NCBI GenBank assembly: GCA_964016885.1
Contig: OZ024741.1
Location: 288,796,001 to 288,860,000 of the forward strand
From: Eledone cirrhosa
Taxonomy: Eukaryota
Direction: 5' to 3'
Length of the DNA: 64,000 nt
How positions within the stretch are numbered: position 1 is the first letter of the stretch; each line of letters begins with the position of its first letter. Shown here piece by piece: positions 39,682 through 52,975 of this stretch. Made by a program: the position numbers and the translations under genes. The notes beneath the pieces were generated by a model. That model did not search any database, was not told the DNA's origin, and saw only the letters and a program-made list of their open reading frames with translations.

Positions 39682-39896
39682 AGCGATGGATTGGCAGAAT
39701 CGGTAGAGCATCGGGCAACATGCTTAGCGGCATAGAATTACGACCCTCTGCGTTCTGAGTTCAAAACCCACCGAGGTTAACTTTGCCTTTCATCCTTACG
39801 GGGTTGATAAAATAAAGTACCAGTAATGCACTGAAATTTTTAATCGACTTTCCTCTTCCTCAAAATTGTTGGACTTGTGCTTATAGTAGAAATCAT
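39682..39896 (+). mobile_element. tRNA-derived SINE, long variant
   Basis: A and B boxes, core, aatcgactttcctct insert. Confidence 0.85.
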
Positions 39897-40117
39897 TTTT
39901 TTTTCTCTATATTTTTCATGTACAGTTTAGTTGTAAAATGATAAATATTAAAGTATTTTTATTCTAACTCTACGGCCATCTGACGAAATTGCAATACATG
40001 CATTCATTACGCTAGGCAATATATGTATATTTGTATATATATATATATATATTAAATTCAAATATATATATATTAAATTCAAATATTAATAAAATAGATG
40101 TTCTTGTGATCAATACA

Positions 40118-40183
40118 ATTTTATTATACATATTTCAGAGGTACTTGAATCAAGTTCAATAGTACGTCCTCATCAGATAAAAT
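40118..40183 (-). ncRNA. Type I hammerhead ribozyme (AUA family) in fold-back unit ~40070-40405
   Basis: ATTTTAT-CTGATGA-GGACGTACT...AGTACCTCT-GAAAT-ATGT-ATA^ATAAAAT; arms ~40070-40143 and 40234-40306. Confidence 0.75.
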
Positions 40184-40401
40184 AAAATGATACATGACAT
40201 ACCCTGACATGTTAAATGTTTAAGATTTAATCAATACCTCTGAAATATGTATAATAAAATTTTATTAATCACAAGAACATCTATTTTATTAATATTTGAA
40301 TTTAATATTAATAACTCTGGAAAATATCCTACTGTAGAGTGCTTTCAATCTACTGTAAAACTCATTCTTTGATGTACTCATTGAATCTTGTTTAACTCTT
40401 T

Positions 40402-40575
<174 letters not shown>

Positions 40576-40676
40576 TTTATCCCGGGTTCAATCAGGGGTA
40601 ACTACAGTAAGTAAGGTATACATAGCAATACATAGCAGAGTATAAATATATCTAATATAGAAATGGCTTCTACGGG

Positions 40677-40725
40677 GCTTCCTGATGATTTCTCCCGAAT
40701 GAAACAGTTCTAGTCCTGTAGAAGC
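40677..40725 (+). ncRNA. Type I hammerhead ribozyme in fold-back unit 40573-40735
   Basis: GCTTC-CTGATGA-TTTC(TCCC)GAAT-GAAACAG(TTCTAGTC)CTGTA^GAAGC; relatives at 57015-57198 and 60248-60450. Confidence 0.75.
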
Positions 40726-40729
40726 CATT

Positions 40730-40826
<97 letters not shown>

Positions 40827-40830
40827 GAGT

Positions 40831-41074
40831 AATTGAAAATGCGATTGGGGTCTTTAAGAAGATTTATTTCCCTGTTTGGCAGTTTTATCATTTTCAAAAG
40901 TTAAGTGAGCTGGGAAGATGAGTGGCTATGCCATGGTATGTTTCGTATATGTGTCTCATCACAACGTAGTCACATATCTCTCCAACTCACTTAACTTTTG
41001 AAAATCATGGAACGGTGAAACCGGTAAAATTATTGTAAATAAATTTTCTTAAAGACTACAATTGCATTTTAATT
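40831..41074. repeat. ~245-bp imperfect rod-like hairpin with a degenerate hammerhead at the apex
   Basis: Outer arms 40831-40869/41037-41074 and inner arms 40891-40930/40965-41004. Minus-strand apex GTGATGA...GAAAC. Confidence 0.7.
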
Positions 41075-41140
41075 TCTTTTTCCTATATTTTTTTACCAGT
41101 GTGACATACAAAACCTTTCCGTCCTATATATATATAACTA

Positions 41141-41219
<79 letters not shown>

Positions 41220-41277
41220 CGCACACACACACACACACACACACAGACACACAGACACACAGACACACAGACACACA

Positions 41278-41351
<74 letters not shown>

Positions 41352-41545
41352 AACGTATATATAAGCACATCCATTTGTGAGCAATTTATTATTGCTTAAT
41401 ATCAGACACTTCGCAAATTCATTAACTTGGAGAAAATTCCAATTAAAAAAGAAATGTTCATGAAATCTTCTTAGTACCCCTCCAATTCTCCTTCCCTGCT
41501 CCAATGTATGTATGTATATGCGCACATAACTTTACATCTATATAC

Positions 41546-41658
<113 letters not shown>

Positions 41659-41690
41659 TATATGTATGAATATATATATATATATATATA

Positions 41691-41767
<77 letters not shown>

Positions 41768-41821
41768 ATGAATATATATATATATATACACATATATATA
41801 TATAAATATGTATATATATAA

Positions 41822-41959
<138 letters not shown>

Positions 41960-41970
41960 GTATATATATG

Positions 41971-42033
<63 letters not shown>

Positions 42034-42153
42034 GTATATAAGCTCAGCTATCTATCTCTCTCTATATATATATCAATCTAACTGCTTATCACTGTCTCTC
42101 TCCCTATCTCTTTCTGTCTCTCTTTATATATATATATGTGTGTGTGTGTGTGC

Positions 42154-42192
<39 letters not shown>

Positions 42193-42494
42193 TGCGCGTA
42201 CATGTGTATATATATATATGTGTGTATGTATGGATTTCTGGCATTTTTCTTAATTTTATCTGCACTTACATACATACAAATACAAGCACAAGCACGTAAA
42301 TTGATACATACGGGCACACATATAGATGTATACATTCATGTGTGTGCATATATATATATATATGTGTGTGTCTATATATACATATATGCGTGTATACATG
42401 TGTGCGTGTGTATGTATGTGTGTATATATATATATATGTATGTATACATATATATGTGTATATATATATGTGTTTGTATGTATAGGTGTATATA

Positions 42495-42526
<32 letters not shown>

Positions 42527-42562
42527 CAAAGTTACATAGATATTTATACTATATTGATATGA

Positions 42563-42595
<33 letters not shown>

Positions 42596-42623
42596 CAGAT
42601 ATATATATATATGTTCATATATG

Positions 42624-42688
<65 letters not shown>

Positions 42689-42913
42689 GAGATATATATA
42701 GAGAGATAGATACATATATATCATATGTATATATGTGTGTGTGAGTATATGCGTATATATAAATATATATAAATGCATCTGGCTGTTATAAAGACTTCCC
42801 CATAATTACGTTATCCCTGTGTTAAAAGGCAGACTGGAGACATATATTTTTCAGTCTATAAAAATATTACATTTAACTTCAACGACATCTATTTTTTGCC
42901 TTCTTTTTCATCA

Positions 42914-42962
<49 letters not shown>

Positions 42963-43480
42963 CAATATTATTTTTTTTTTGCAGCCTTTTATTTTTAATA
43001 ACAAATTTTAATATTCGTCTCATTAAAAAATAATAACGAAATCAAACAAAAATAAACTAAGAGTTGCAGCAGCAACAACAACAAAACCAACAAAAGCAAC
43101 AACAAAATTAAGTTTAGTTCAATGTCTGGACGTTACTGTTTTATCTGGTTTTTTTTTTGTGTGTGTATGCGTTTTTTTTTTTTTTTCCACTTTCCTATTT
43201 AATAGATTTTTGTCACCAATTTCATACTTTACTCCATTTAGAAATAATTTATTGAAGGAAATAATTTATGTCGTCTATTTTTCTTTACTGTTATTTTTTA
43301 ATGGCCGAGATTTCGGTGAATTGTAACTTGCTTAGCAAATCATTTGATTTGAGGTCGTGTGTTGGAACTGCAAAAATATCACTGTGGTAGTGTCATCATA
43401 CACTTTTGCTGTTTGTTATCTTTTATGTATGTATGTATGTATGTATGTATGTATGTATGTATGTATGTATGTATGTATGT

Positions 43481-46400
43481 CTCTCTTTCTCTTAATTTCG
43501 AGTATATTTTTGATCGGTGACATTCCTGGTGGCAAGGTTGTAAAAGAAAAGAAATTGTCATCCCTTGAATCGCAAGAATGTTTTGCAAACTTTGAAGATG
43601 CCAGCTATCGCAGCCATTTGTAGACTATAAATTAGGGAGCTGCGCTCTTTGTCCGCAAATGCAAGTTCAGTTATACATTGGTCCAAGCGGGTTGGTATAT
43701 AACCCGTAGCTCCAATAATGATAGGTATGAAGCTAAAGGTGTATCTTGGATACTGGATTTGTAAACTCCTCATCAATGGTCTGTAGATGTCCTCCTTCTC
43801 CTGTATTTTTCTGACAACGTTTACACAAGTGGGCAGCTGATCTCTACAACAGAACACGTTTTCAATGTGTGGTCCCAAACAACAATATCAGGCCGGTTGT
43901 GCTTTAATTTGGTGGCAGTTTTTAATTTCAGGTTCCACCAGTATTCTTTAGTGCCATCTGTCACAATATATTCTTCCTCGTTTGTTGTTAATTTTGTTTT
44001 CCGAAGTGCGTTCCAGATGGTTCTAGCTATCCCATCGTGTCTCATGTGGAGGTAGTAGCGAGGTGACATTCTTTCGCAGTTGGCAACAATTTGGCTTACA
44101 TCTTCGATCTTTGTTTTACATAGCCAACATTTATTGCCAGCTGATGGCCCTCCTCTTTTGTGCAGCAGATATTTGGTAGGGAGTTCTTGTTCTTGTATTG
44201 CATAGAGATATCCCTCAAGGTGTGATGTCATAAACTTGTCGGAACTCCATGCCAGGCTTTTTGAGTGGTTTATCCCCTCTATGTGTTTTACGTCTCAAGT
44301 ATCCATGCATATCTTTTTCTGTAAATTGGTCAATTTTTTCTTCTTGTTTGAACATTGAATAGGATCTTCCGATTTCTCTGGGGGAGAGATTTATATCAGG
44401 CTTTATTCCATATCTCTCCTCCAGATCAGTGGCTATTCTAATGATATTTTTTTCTTGCTCATAAACCTTGGCAAACTTTTTCCTCTGTTGAAGATGTTGC
44501 TTCAGTGTTATTATCCGGGTCTCATATGATGTTAATATGGATTTTAGACCCCGGCCACCTTCCTTGCGTGAGAAGTATAGCCTATCCACATAAACATTGA
44601 TGTTAAAGTTTCCAGTAACACTGAGAAGTTTGCGAGTTCTAACATCCATCTCACTTAGTTCTTGCAATGACCAGTTCAGCAGGCCAAATGTTGGCGTTAG
44701 AATTGGCACAGCATAAGTATTGTGGGCAATGTACTTGTTGTACGCTGACAGTTCTGATGACCATATTTTCTTTACTCTTCTGAGGTATTCAGTTCTGGTT
44801 CTCTCCTTATTTATGGGTCCATCATATATGACATTCTCATCCTGTCCAAGATATCTGTAGTTGTCACCTGACTTTAGAGGTTGTATTGTCAGGCCGTTCA
44901 TCTCTAGATTTCTAGGGGAGGGCACAGTTCTTCCACGTTTTACTGCCAAATATGCACACTTGGACTCACCAAATTTAATTTTGATGTCTGTTGAAAATTG
45001 TGTAATGAGGTCCAATTGTTTCTTGATATCGTTGATATTTGGCCCATACAACTTCATGTCATCAACAAAGAAAAGATGGGAGATACTTCTGGACCCACTT
45101 CTTTGTCCACCTTGTTTCCTGAGTAGGTAAGATAGTGGATTTAGTGAGAGAACGAAGAGTAGCACTGACAAGCTATCACCCTGAAAGATACCCTTCTGGT
45201 AATGTATCTTATCAGTCTTAACTTGCTCCTTCTCACCTCTAAGGATCAAATTGGTGTACCAGTTCTTGGTCAGACGTTCAACAACAGCTACCAGTGGTTG
45301 TGTGACTTTGGCTAACTGTAAAGCCTTAATAATCCACCCATGAGGTACACTATCAAATGCTTTTTGATAGTCCAGCCACACCACAGTCAGGTTTCTGCGA
45401 TTCTTCGTTGTTCTTTCTTGAATCATTTTATTTGTTAGTAGGTGATCTATGCAACCCCACATGTCCCTCTTTCCACCAGCTTGCTCAGGTGTTATAATGT
45501 TGTTGGTAGCACAATGATCCTGTAAGAACAGGTTAAGGCACCCAGTATATAATTTATATATGATGTTTTGGCAGGCTATCGGGCGGTAATTTTTAGCAAG
45601 GGTGGTTTGGCTATTTTGGGGAACGAGGAGAGTAGTGGCAGTTGATAACCATTTGGGTAGTTCTTGTGTGCCTTTAATGGTTTCTGTAAACAGCTGTATG
45701 AGATCTTGCTGATAGAAAGTGAAATTCTTCAACCAGTATCCTGTAATGAGGTCTGGGCCTGGCGATTTCCTATTCGATATTTTCTGTAGAGCTGTTTCCA
45801 GTATTAACCCATCTATGTCACATGTTGGCAGTAGTCCTGTTCCAGTTCTTTTAGCCATTTAGTTTGTTTGTTGAATCCGTCATCCGTTTCCCATACAGAT
45901 CTCCAGTAGCTCTCAACCTGTTCTTTTGAAGGGGTGTCATTTACAGAGATTGAGCTTTTGCCACCGAAGCTGCGATAAACTGATTTAGGATCTCTGGCAA
46001 ACAATCTATTTAGCACTTGTCGTTTATGTGCTGTTGACTTATGTTTTAGTCTTTCTGTTGTAGCTGTGAGTTGTTGTTTCAACTGGTGTAATTTGGAGTT
46101 TAAAGTTTTTAATTTTGTATCCCCAAATCGTCTCTCTAATTTTTTTCTTACGTCTTCCTGGTGTCGTGTGAAGTTGCTCTCTATGTTGCATTTCATAACG
46201 ACTGCGATGTGTGAGATACTTCGTCTCAGGGACAACATTTTGCTTTTTAAATTTCGCATCCACGCTGGTTCAGGCTTTTTGTTTGTATCTTGATTGCGTG
46301 GTTTTAGATGTTTTTTATATGATAGCAATGTGTCAGCTGAAACATATAACAAAATATTAAGCATTTCAAATGTCGTTTCTACACCTTTGGATCGTATAGC

Positions 46401-46625
46401 CTTCAGATAATTGTCAGCTATTTCGTTCACCGCTTCCAATTCCAATTTAGTGGGTTCTTTACTGATTCTGGTGTTGTATGGTCTGTCACTCACATTAAGG
46501 CTGTGTATCTCTTGAAACATATCATCCCTATCACTTGTAAGGTGTCCACAAGCTTTTGGTGTTCTGTTTGTAGCGTTATGAATTTCAGCTTCGTTGTTGA
46601 TGTGGTGACAATTACTACTAGAGTT
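43481..46625 (-). mobile_element. R4/Dong-clade non-LTR retrotransposon (RT + CCHC + REL endonuclease), three frameshifts, inserted in (CATA)n
   Basis: Consecutive ORFs 45813-46620, 44215-45858, 43821-44231 and 43558-43878: KSPGPD, YRPIAC, WLDYQKAFDSVPH, QGDSLS, FFVDD, CWLC..C, RHD, RPD, EISCP, PIIIGATG. (TATG)n on both flanks. Confidence 0.92.
44215..45858 (-). pseudogene. Reverse transcriptase segment of the R4/Dong element
   Basis: RT motifs listed above; bounded by frameshifts. Confidence 0.9.
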
Positions 46626-47369
46626 AGTATGTATGTATGTATGTATGTATGTATGTATGTATGTATGTATGTATGTATGTATGTATGTATGTATGTATGT
46701 ATGTATGTATGTATGTATGTATGTATGTATGTATGTATGTATGCATGTATGTATGCATGTATGTATGCATGTATGTATGTATGTATGTATGTATGTATGT
46801 ATGTATGTATGTATGTATGTATGTATGTATGTATGTATGTATGTATGTATGTGTGTGTGTGTATGTACGTTTGTATGTTTGCATGAATGTATGCCTATAT
46901 GTACACATGTATGTTTGTATTTATGGACGTATGTTTGTATGTAGGTATGTATGTAGGTATGTATGTAGGTATGTATGTTTGTATGCAAGTATTCATGCAT
47001 GCATGTACGTATCTATCTATTTATGTATGTATGTGTGCATGACTGCATGTATGTATGTAGATAGGTATGTAAGCATGCATGAAAGTATGACACTTATTCT
47101 CCTTGTACACAAAAAAATTAAGAGATTTCTATTTCACATGTTACAGCTATCTTGCAGTTCATGAGAAAAGTGCCCTATACATGCACTAAAGAAGACAGCT
47201 AATAACAATTTACTATTTATGTTAGACACAAACAAATACATTATATATATATATATATATATATGTAGGAGGTGAGTTTTATTGTAGTACAATAAAGCAA
47301 TGCAGATATCGGATAAGAAGCACTCTACAGTTTGTAGGACTGGAGTATACATAATATATAAGATCAAAA

Positions 47370-48120
47370 GATCAAAAAGAACCAACACGGCTCTCTCAGA
47401 ACTCATATGGTCCTTGAAAGACAAAAATATTAAATATAACATCTCTTGGAAAAAGGTTTCCTCTGCTTCTTGAACAGTTCTCTATCCAAGACTTGTAATC
47501 TCTGTCTGAATGAAAAATTTACCATTATATCTAATTTAGATTCTACAATAAACATATCAACATTTTCTTTCCATCGCACATATTATTAAACCCTTAAATA
47601 TTATTCTTAATACATATTAACAATTTCTTTTCATCGCACATATTATTAAACCCTTAAATGTACAAACCTTAACTTTACATTATTTTTCTCTTCGTTAATT
47701 TTCAAATTCTTTTAATTTATACATTATCTGCCAACGGTTTTTCAACCTCTCTATGTAAAACAATATATTTTTCTCAGTTATAAAAGCTATCTCTCTCTCT
47801 CTATCAGCCATCTCTCCTCCTATCTCATCCTTCCTCATTATACTCCTCCCCCTCCCCTTTTTACTCTCATCTCCTTCTCTTTTTCATCCTTTCCAACCCC
47901 CCCCCCAAAAAAAAAATTTTTTCCCCAATATCACACATCAATCTAAAACTACTTTTCATATGTTGATTTAAAACTGCACTATCCACAAGTGTTTTTAACC
48001 TTCATATCATGTCCTCCTATTTTATCTGATGGAAACACAAATGTTATTGCATGATGATATTTGTTTTTGAAATGCGCATAATAAAATACATGGAACTCAT
48101 TTAACCATCTTTTGATCTTA
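47370..48120 (+). mobile_element. Penelope-like element 3' fragment (GIY-YIG C-terminus + UTR with hammerhead)
   Basis: TALSELIWSLKDKNIKYNISWK...SKTCNLCLNEKFTII; ends at (TA)n. Confidence 0.75.
48019..48087 (+). ncRNA. Type I hammerhead (AUA family) with A9G change
   Basis: ATTTTAT-CTGATGG-AAACACAAATGTTATT(GCAT)GATGATATTTGTTTTT-GAAAT-GCGC-ATA^ATAAAAT. Confidence 0.68.
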
Positions 48121-48130
48121 TATATATATA

Positions 48131-48372
48131 TATTAAGATAACAGATTAAAGTTGAAGCAAAGAATCGCTGCTTTCACCTTTAACGGGATCTTCTGAAACT
48201 AAAAAAAATGAATCTGTGGACGCAGAAGTAAATATTTCGAAAACCTTGCAGCCGAGGGAAAACAGGAAGACGGTACTTTGGTTCGTGAAGACGTTCCCTG
48301 GCAATGAACGGAAAAAAGCGAAGATAAAAAACCCAAACCACGTTTATGATATAAATGGAGTCATTAGACTAA
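48131..48372 (-). mobile_element. CAGAAGA-hammerhead family copy
   Basis: Aligns with 36905-37183. Confidence 0.78.
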
Positions 48373-48840
48373 CTAGCAGAAAAACCGCCCTTGGGTGGTT
48401 TTCATGTGTAGTGTGTATATTGTGTAGTGTGTATATTGTGTAGTGTGTATATACACAAGTATATATGCATGTAGATATGATACATCAAATAAAATCGTAA
48501 TTGACAATATACACAGAAATTGAACGAAGACTGTGTTACACACTTATGTAATCAGTAACGTAATCCATGCTGCATTAAAAAGAGACGATATTATATATAA
48601 ACTGCATTAGGAGAAAATTAGTGACGGAAATATATAAATATCTAAACTATAATAAAGGAAGGTCTGCGGGACTGGGTACGGTTTATTTCTTTTAATCCAG
48701 TTAGTAAAATAAGTTGGTTTACTTTGAATAAATAATGAATGAATATTACATAATGTATGTACTAAATTTCGTAAACATAAATAATTTCGTAAAAATAAAT
48801 AATTTAAAATTGACTTCCTTTCAAAGTTGCACTTCCGGTA
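48373..48840. mobile_element. Helitron copy with one half inverted
   Basis: 48373-48625 is the reverse complement of ~2390-2635; 48641-48840 is a direct match to 2152-2358. Confidence 0.78.
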
Positions 48841-49109
48841 TATCGTCGCCATCACCACCACTTCAACTACCGTATATATAGAAAGAGAGAGTGTGTGATG
48901 AGAGAGATAGAGAGATTATGATTTTCTACACAAACACAAAGTTATAAAAATACACCCTCACGGACATAATTCACACAAATACACATACATTCACACATAC
49001 TTTCACACAAACATACATACATCCACACATACATTTACACAAACACACACATAGTCATGCTAACAGCGTTCGGTGAAATTGGAAATGGGAGGGTAAAACA
49101 AGTATAACG

Positions 49110-49660
49110 TTTTATAAATTTATTAACTCTTTATTTATTAACTTTTTTTTAAAAATCATTTAATATAATGGTTACAGAACGAAAACACTAACAAATATAA
49201 TATATACAAAGGAAAGGGAATATATACAAAGGAAAGGGAAAGGAAAAAAAGAAAGAGAAAAAAACAAGCAGGTAATACACACATCTTAGGCCACAGAACA
49301 ACATGCAGGCGAAAGAGTGGGAAAAAGAGCCACTCCAGAGCAAAAGATAACAATATAGCGAGGAGCACTAATAATTTTTGAGGCAGGCCAGCACGCTCGC
49401 GACTTTACCAAGGGTGATGGCGAGGCTGAGGTGCTGGAACAACCAAGTGCCCTCACGAGCATCACAAGTTATCTCTGTTTGGCGATCCGGCAGTGAAGAT
49501 AAGAATCTCGCTGTCAGTAGCCGGACTCCACCAAACGTCTCGAACGCCACATGCTGGATAATGTAGTTAGCTGACAGAACACGGTATTTTAGGATTTTGT
49601 TCCGTTCAGCTACGGATGCTGTAGCTCTCGCCCTTACCGCTGCATCCTGTGACGTCCCGG
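49110..49660 (-). mobile_element. CRE-clade-like non-LTR retrotransposon 3' fragment
   Basis: AERNKILKY...VAFETFGG...DAREGTWLFQHLSLAITLGKVASVL* resembles the CRE REL C-terminus (AE..K..KY, ET.G, RE..FL.QRLS.A...GNA). Confidence 0.7.
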
Positions 49661-49735
49661 GGCCGATAAAATAAAGTACCAGTAATGTACTGGGTACTTG
49701 CTGGCCTTGTGCCAAAAGTAGACACAATTATTATT
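49660..49735 (+). mobile_element. SINE 3' fragment
   Basis: gccgataaaataaagtacc...gccttgtgccaaaagtag followed by (TTA)n. Confidence 0.8.
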
Positions 49736-49766
49736 ATAATTATTATTATTATTATTATTATTATTG

Positions 49767-50072
49767 TTCTTTGAGTCTCAGTTATTGATGTTAGTTAACT
49801 GGAAAGTTTGTTGAAATGAATATCAAGCCACTATCTGCAGCCTCAGATATTCAGGACGTATCGGAGGGTTCTTGCTGTTCCCAGCAAGCATGCCTTTTGA
49901 AGCGTTCCAAAAAGCGGGGCGGGGCCAATTTTCTTTAACCATCCCTGGAAACATTTTGAGATAGTCCCTAGTGCGCCTATGACAATCGGGACCACTTTGA
50001 CTTCATGGCAGTTCCAAATCCTTTTTACCTCCCACTTTAAGTCCTGGTATCGGTTAATTTTCTCCCTCTCCT
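49767..50072 (-). mobile_element. Dong/R4-like 3' fragment in (TAA)n
   Basis: EREKINRYQDLKWEVKRIWNCHEVKVVPIVIGALGTI...LQKACLLGTARTLRYVLNI*; (TAA)n on both flanks. Confidence 0.85.
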
Positions 50073-50073
50073 A

Positions 50074-50155
<82 letters not shown>

Positions 50156-50160
<5 letters not shown>

Positions 50161-51455
50161 ATACTTTGGGAGGGTCATGTTACCAATAAGAAACACACGC
50201 ACCAGTTGCTTTCACTTCAATTTATTATAATAAATTTATAAATTTAGGAATTTATAAATTTCCGGTTGGTTGGTTGGTTCCACAACCAGATGGTTGTTTA
50301 TATATTGTCAAAGTTCTTTCGTCACACATTCTGTGACCTCTTCAGTGACTGGGGATTCTTTTCTTTGTTTTGTGTGCCTCTCCTTTGTTCTGTCCTATAC
50401 GCCATCTTGTTTTTGTGTGTGTGTTGTGTGCTTAGTTTGCGCATGTGTTACATCCGGGTGTCTGTGTGTGTTTATATTCGTTTATTTATTTGTTTATTTA
50501 CATGTTACTGGTTGGTTGTTTGTTCTATGTGCGTGTGTGTTTTCATTTTGTCCTTAATTGTAAGTTGTGATGTTGCTGTTCCACTCGTGTTTTCTATTTA
50601 ATTTTGGTTGTAATTCATTTATGTTTATTGCCTCTGTGATTTGTCTAAACATTGCGTCTTTTCTTATGTTCTATTTTAGCATGTCGGTAGAGTACAGATG
50701 ATTCTTTACTATCTTGAAGGTCTCGCCAGTGTTCATTTATCCGTTCCCCTATACTACGAGCTGTCTCACCTATGTACACTATATTTTTATCTCTACATTG
50801 TCCTTCAGTACATCTTATGCTATATACTACATTTCTAGTTTAACAGTTAATATGGGGGCTTAATTTACAGATTATACATTTCTTATCTATACAGGGAGGT
50901 CTTTGAAAAGGGTATGTATTACTAATAAGTGTTTTTATGGAGGTACCTGGTCTTTCTACTATCTTAATATTGAGTTTATGTTTATATAGGGCCCTTCTAA
51001 ATTTGTAAGCTAATTCACCTCTAGGGGTTGTATCGATGAACATTACACTCTGGTATTTATTGCTATCATACCATGAGTTTATTCTATTAGCCTTATTCCT
51101 ATTCTATTCCAAAATTTGCTCCTATACAAGGGACAGGTCCCATTTGTGTCATTATTTACCATTTGTTCCCATTTGGTTCTGGCTCCTCTATACACTCTGA
51201 TTTTATCTCTCTGATTGTAACCAGAGAACTGCATACGGTGGATGAAGTGTTGTATGTGTCTCTCTAGTTCTTCGGGGTTGCACATGCGGGACACGTTTCT
51301 CATCACCCGTACCAAATCCGCAATCAGTATGTTGATTTTGGTATGGTCCGAAACAGCTGAGTTTTGGTGGATCAGATATTTGGAAGTCATGGGTTTGGCA
51401 TAATGGGAATGGAGGATTTGTTTTTTGTTGAAGCAATGACACTCAATTTTAAATA
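50156..51455 (-). mobile_element. Penelope-like element 3' part (RT thumb, linker, GIY-YIG) with stops, in (TA)n
   Basis: HYAKPMTS..SAVS...RMQFSGY; ERPGTSIK..CIDKKCIIC; NVVYSIRC...VYIGETARSIGERINEH. Terminus homologous to 19100-19177. Confidence 0.88.
50307..50349 (-). ncRNA. Minimal type I hammerhead in the Penelope 3' UTR
   Basis: GTCA-CTGAAGA-GGTCAC(AGAATGT)GTGAC-GAAAG-AA-CTT^TGAC. Confidence 0.68.
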
Positions 51456-51456
51456 C

Positions 51457-51521
<65 letters not shown>

Positions 51522-51645
51522 AGCAAAACATTGCTTATTGTGATCCAGTTTTTGGTTAAGAAAGCCAGTTTCATGGATGGTTTCAACGTACGGTTAGGGG
51601 TAACTCCACAAGTTTGTAAGAATTCCGTTCAATCTTGGAGTATAA

Positions 51646-51881
51646 AGTATAAAAAAGAAAACACAGGTAAGCATTAAGAGAAGGATTTTATCCAGGTATT
51701 TACGACCGTTTCATTGGTAAGTGCAACCTTATATTGCTATACTGCAAATAGCAGCCACTCAATTATAATTAAGTGGCTGCTATTTGCAGTATAGCAATAT
51801 AAGGTTGCACTTACCAATGAAACGGTCGTAAATACCTGGATAAAATCCTTCTCTCAATGCTTACTTGTGTTTTCTCTTTTA

Positions 51882-51885
<4 letters not shown>
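51646..51885. repeat. 240-bp near-perfect palindrome containing a hammerhead 3' half
   Basis: Centre aattataatt near 51765; each arm has GAAAC-GGTC-GTA; no CTGANGA. Confidence 0.85.
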
Positions 51886-51919
<34 letters not shown>

Positions 51920-51995
51920 GAAGGGAGTGTGTTAAGGAACCATGTGGACCATAACGCACCAGATTACTCAATACTTAGGATAGTGGAGTGGGTAA

Positions 51996-52112
51996 TAGGG
52001 AAATGTTCAAGACACCGACGGCCGAGCTCAAGCCGTTTCGACGACTATTTCTAGACTCCAGAAATAGCCGTCGAAACGGCTTGAGCTCTGCCGTCGGGGT
52101 CTTGAACATTTT

Positions 52113-52117
<5 letters not shown>
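51996..52117. repeat. Palindrome with hammerhead 3' half (family shared with 56770-56950)
   Basis: GAAACGGC(TTGAGCTCT)GCCGTC-GGGGTC in the right arm, mirrored in the left arm. Confidence 0.8.
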
Positions 52118-52180
<63 letters not shown>

Positions 52181-52762
52181 ATTAATTTTGGATTTTCATG
52201 CGAAATTATTTATTGACCAACTGCTTTTCGAAGATATAGCATAGCAATGGAGTTAATTGCCCTTTCCAAAAAGGGTAGCGTATCCTATGCTTATACTATG
52301 GACTGCAAATCTATAGTATCTAAAACTGCATTGGACTGTGGTGGTGATGATGTTGACGGTGGTGGTGCTAGTGATAGTAAGGGCAAAGTTAGTGGTGGTA
52401 TGGTGGTGGTGGTGGTGGTGATGTTGGCGGTGATGGTGGTGGTGATGAAATTGGCGGTAGTGGCTCTAGTGATAGTAAGAGTAAAAGGTAGTGGTAGTGG
52501 TGTTGGTGCTGTTGGTGGTGGTGGTGGTGGTGGTGGTGGTGGAGGTGGTGGTGGTGGTGGTAGTGGTAGTGATGTTGTTGGTGGTGTTGCTGGTGGAGGA
52601 AGAGGAGGTTGTGGTAGTTGTGGTGTTGGTAGTGGTAGTGGTGGTGGTGGTGGTGGTGGTGTTGGAGTTCAAGGAAATTTATCATATGGAATAAAATATG
52701 TGAAAATTATGGGATACTATTAATTAATGAGTCGTTGATTATGGCAACTTAATTGATTTCAC

Positions 52763-52783
52763 TGTGTCTGTGTCTGTGTATGG

Positions 52784-52825
<42 letters not shown>

Positions 52826-52932
52826 GTGTGTGTATGTATGTGTGTGTGTCTGTGTCTGTGTATGTATGTGTCTTTGTAAGTGTGTATGTCTGTGTATGTA
52901 TCTGTGTCTGTGTCATCGTGTGTGTATGTTTA

Positions 52933-52975
<43 letters not shown>

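Noticed and set aside
39975-40020. CTGACGA followed by a weak hairpin
   Set aside because: No GAAA or stem III, so it cannot be called a hammerhead.
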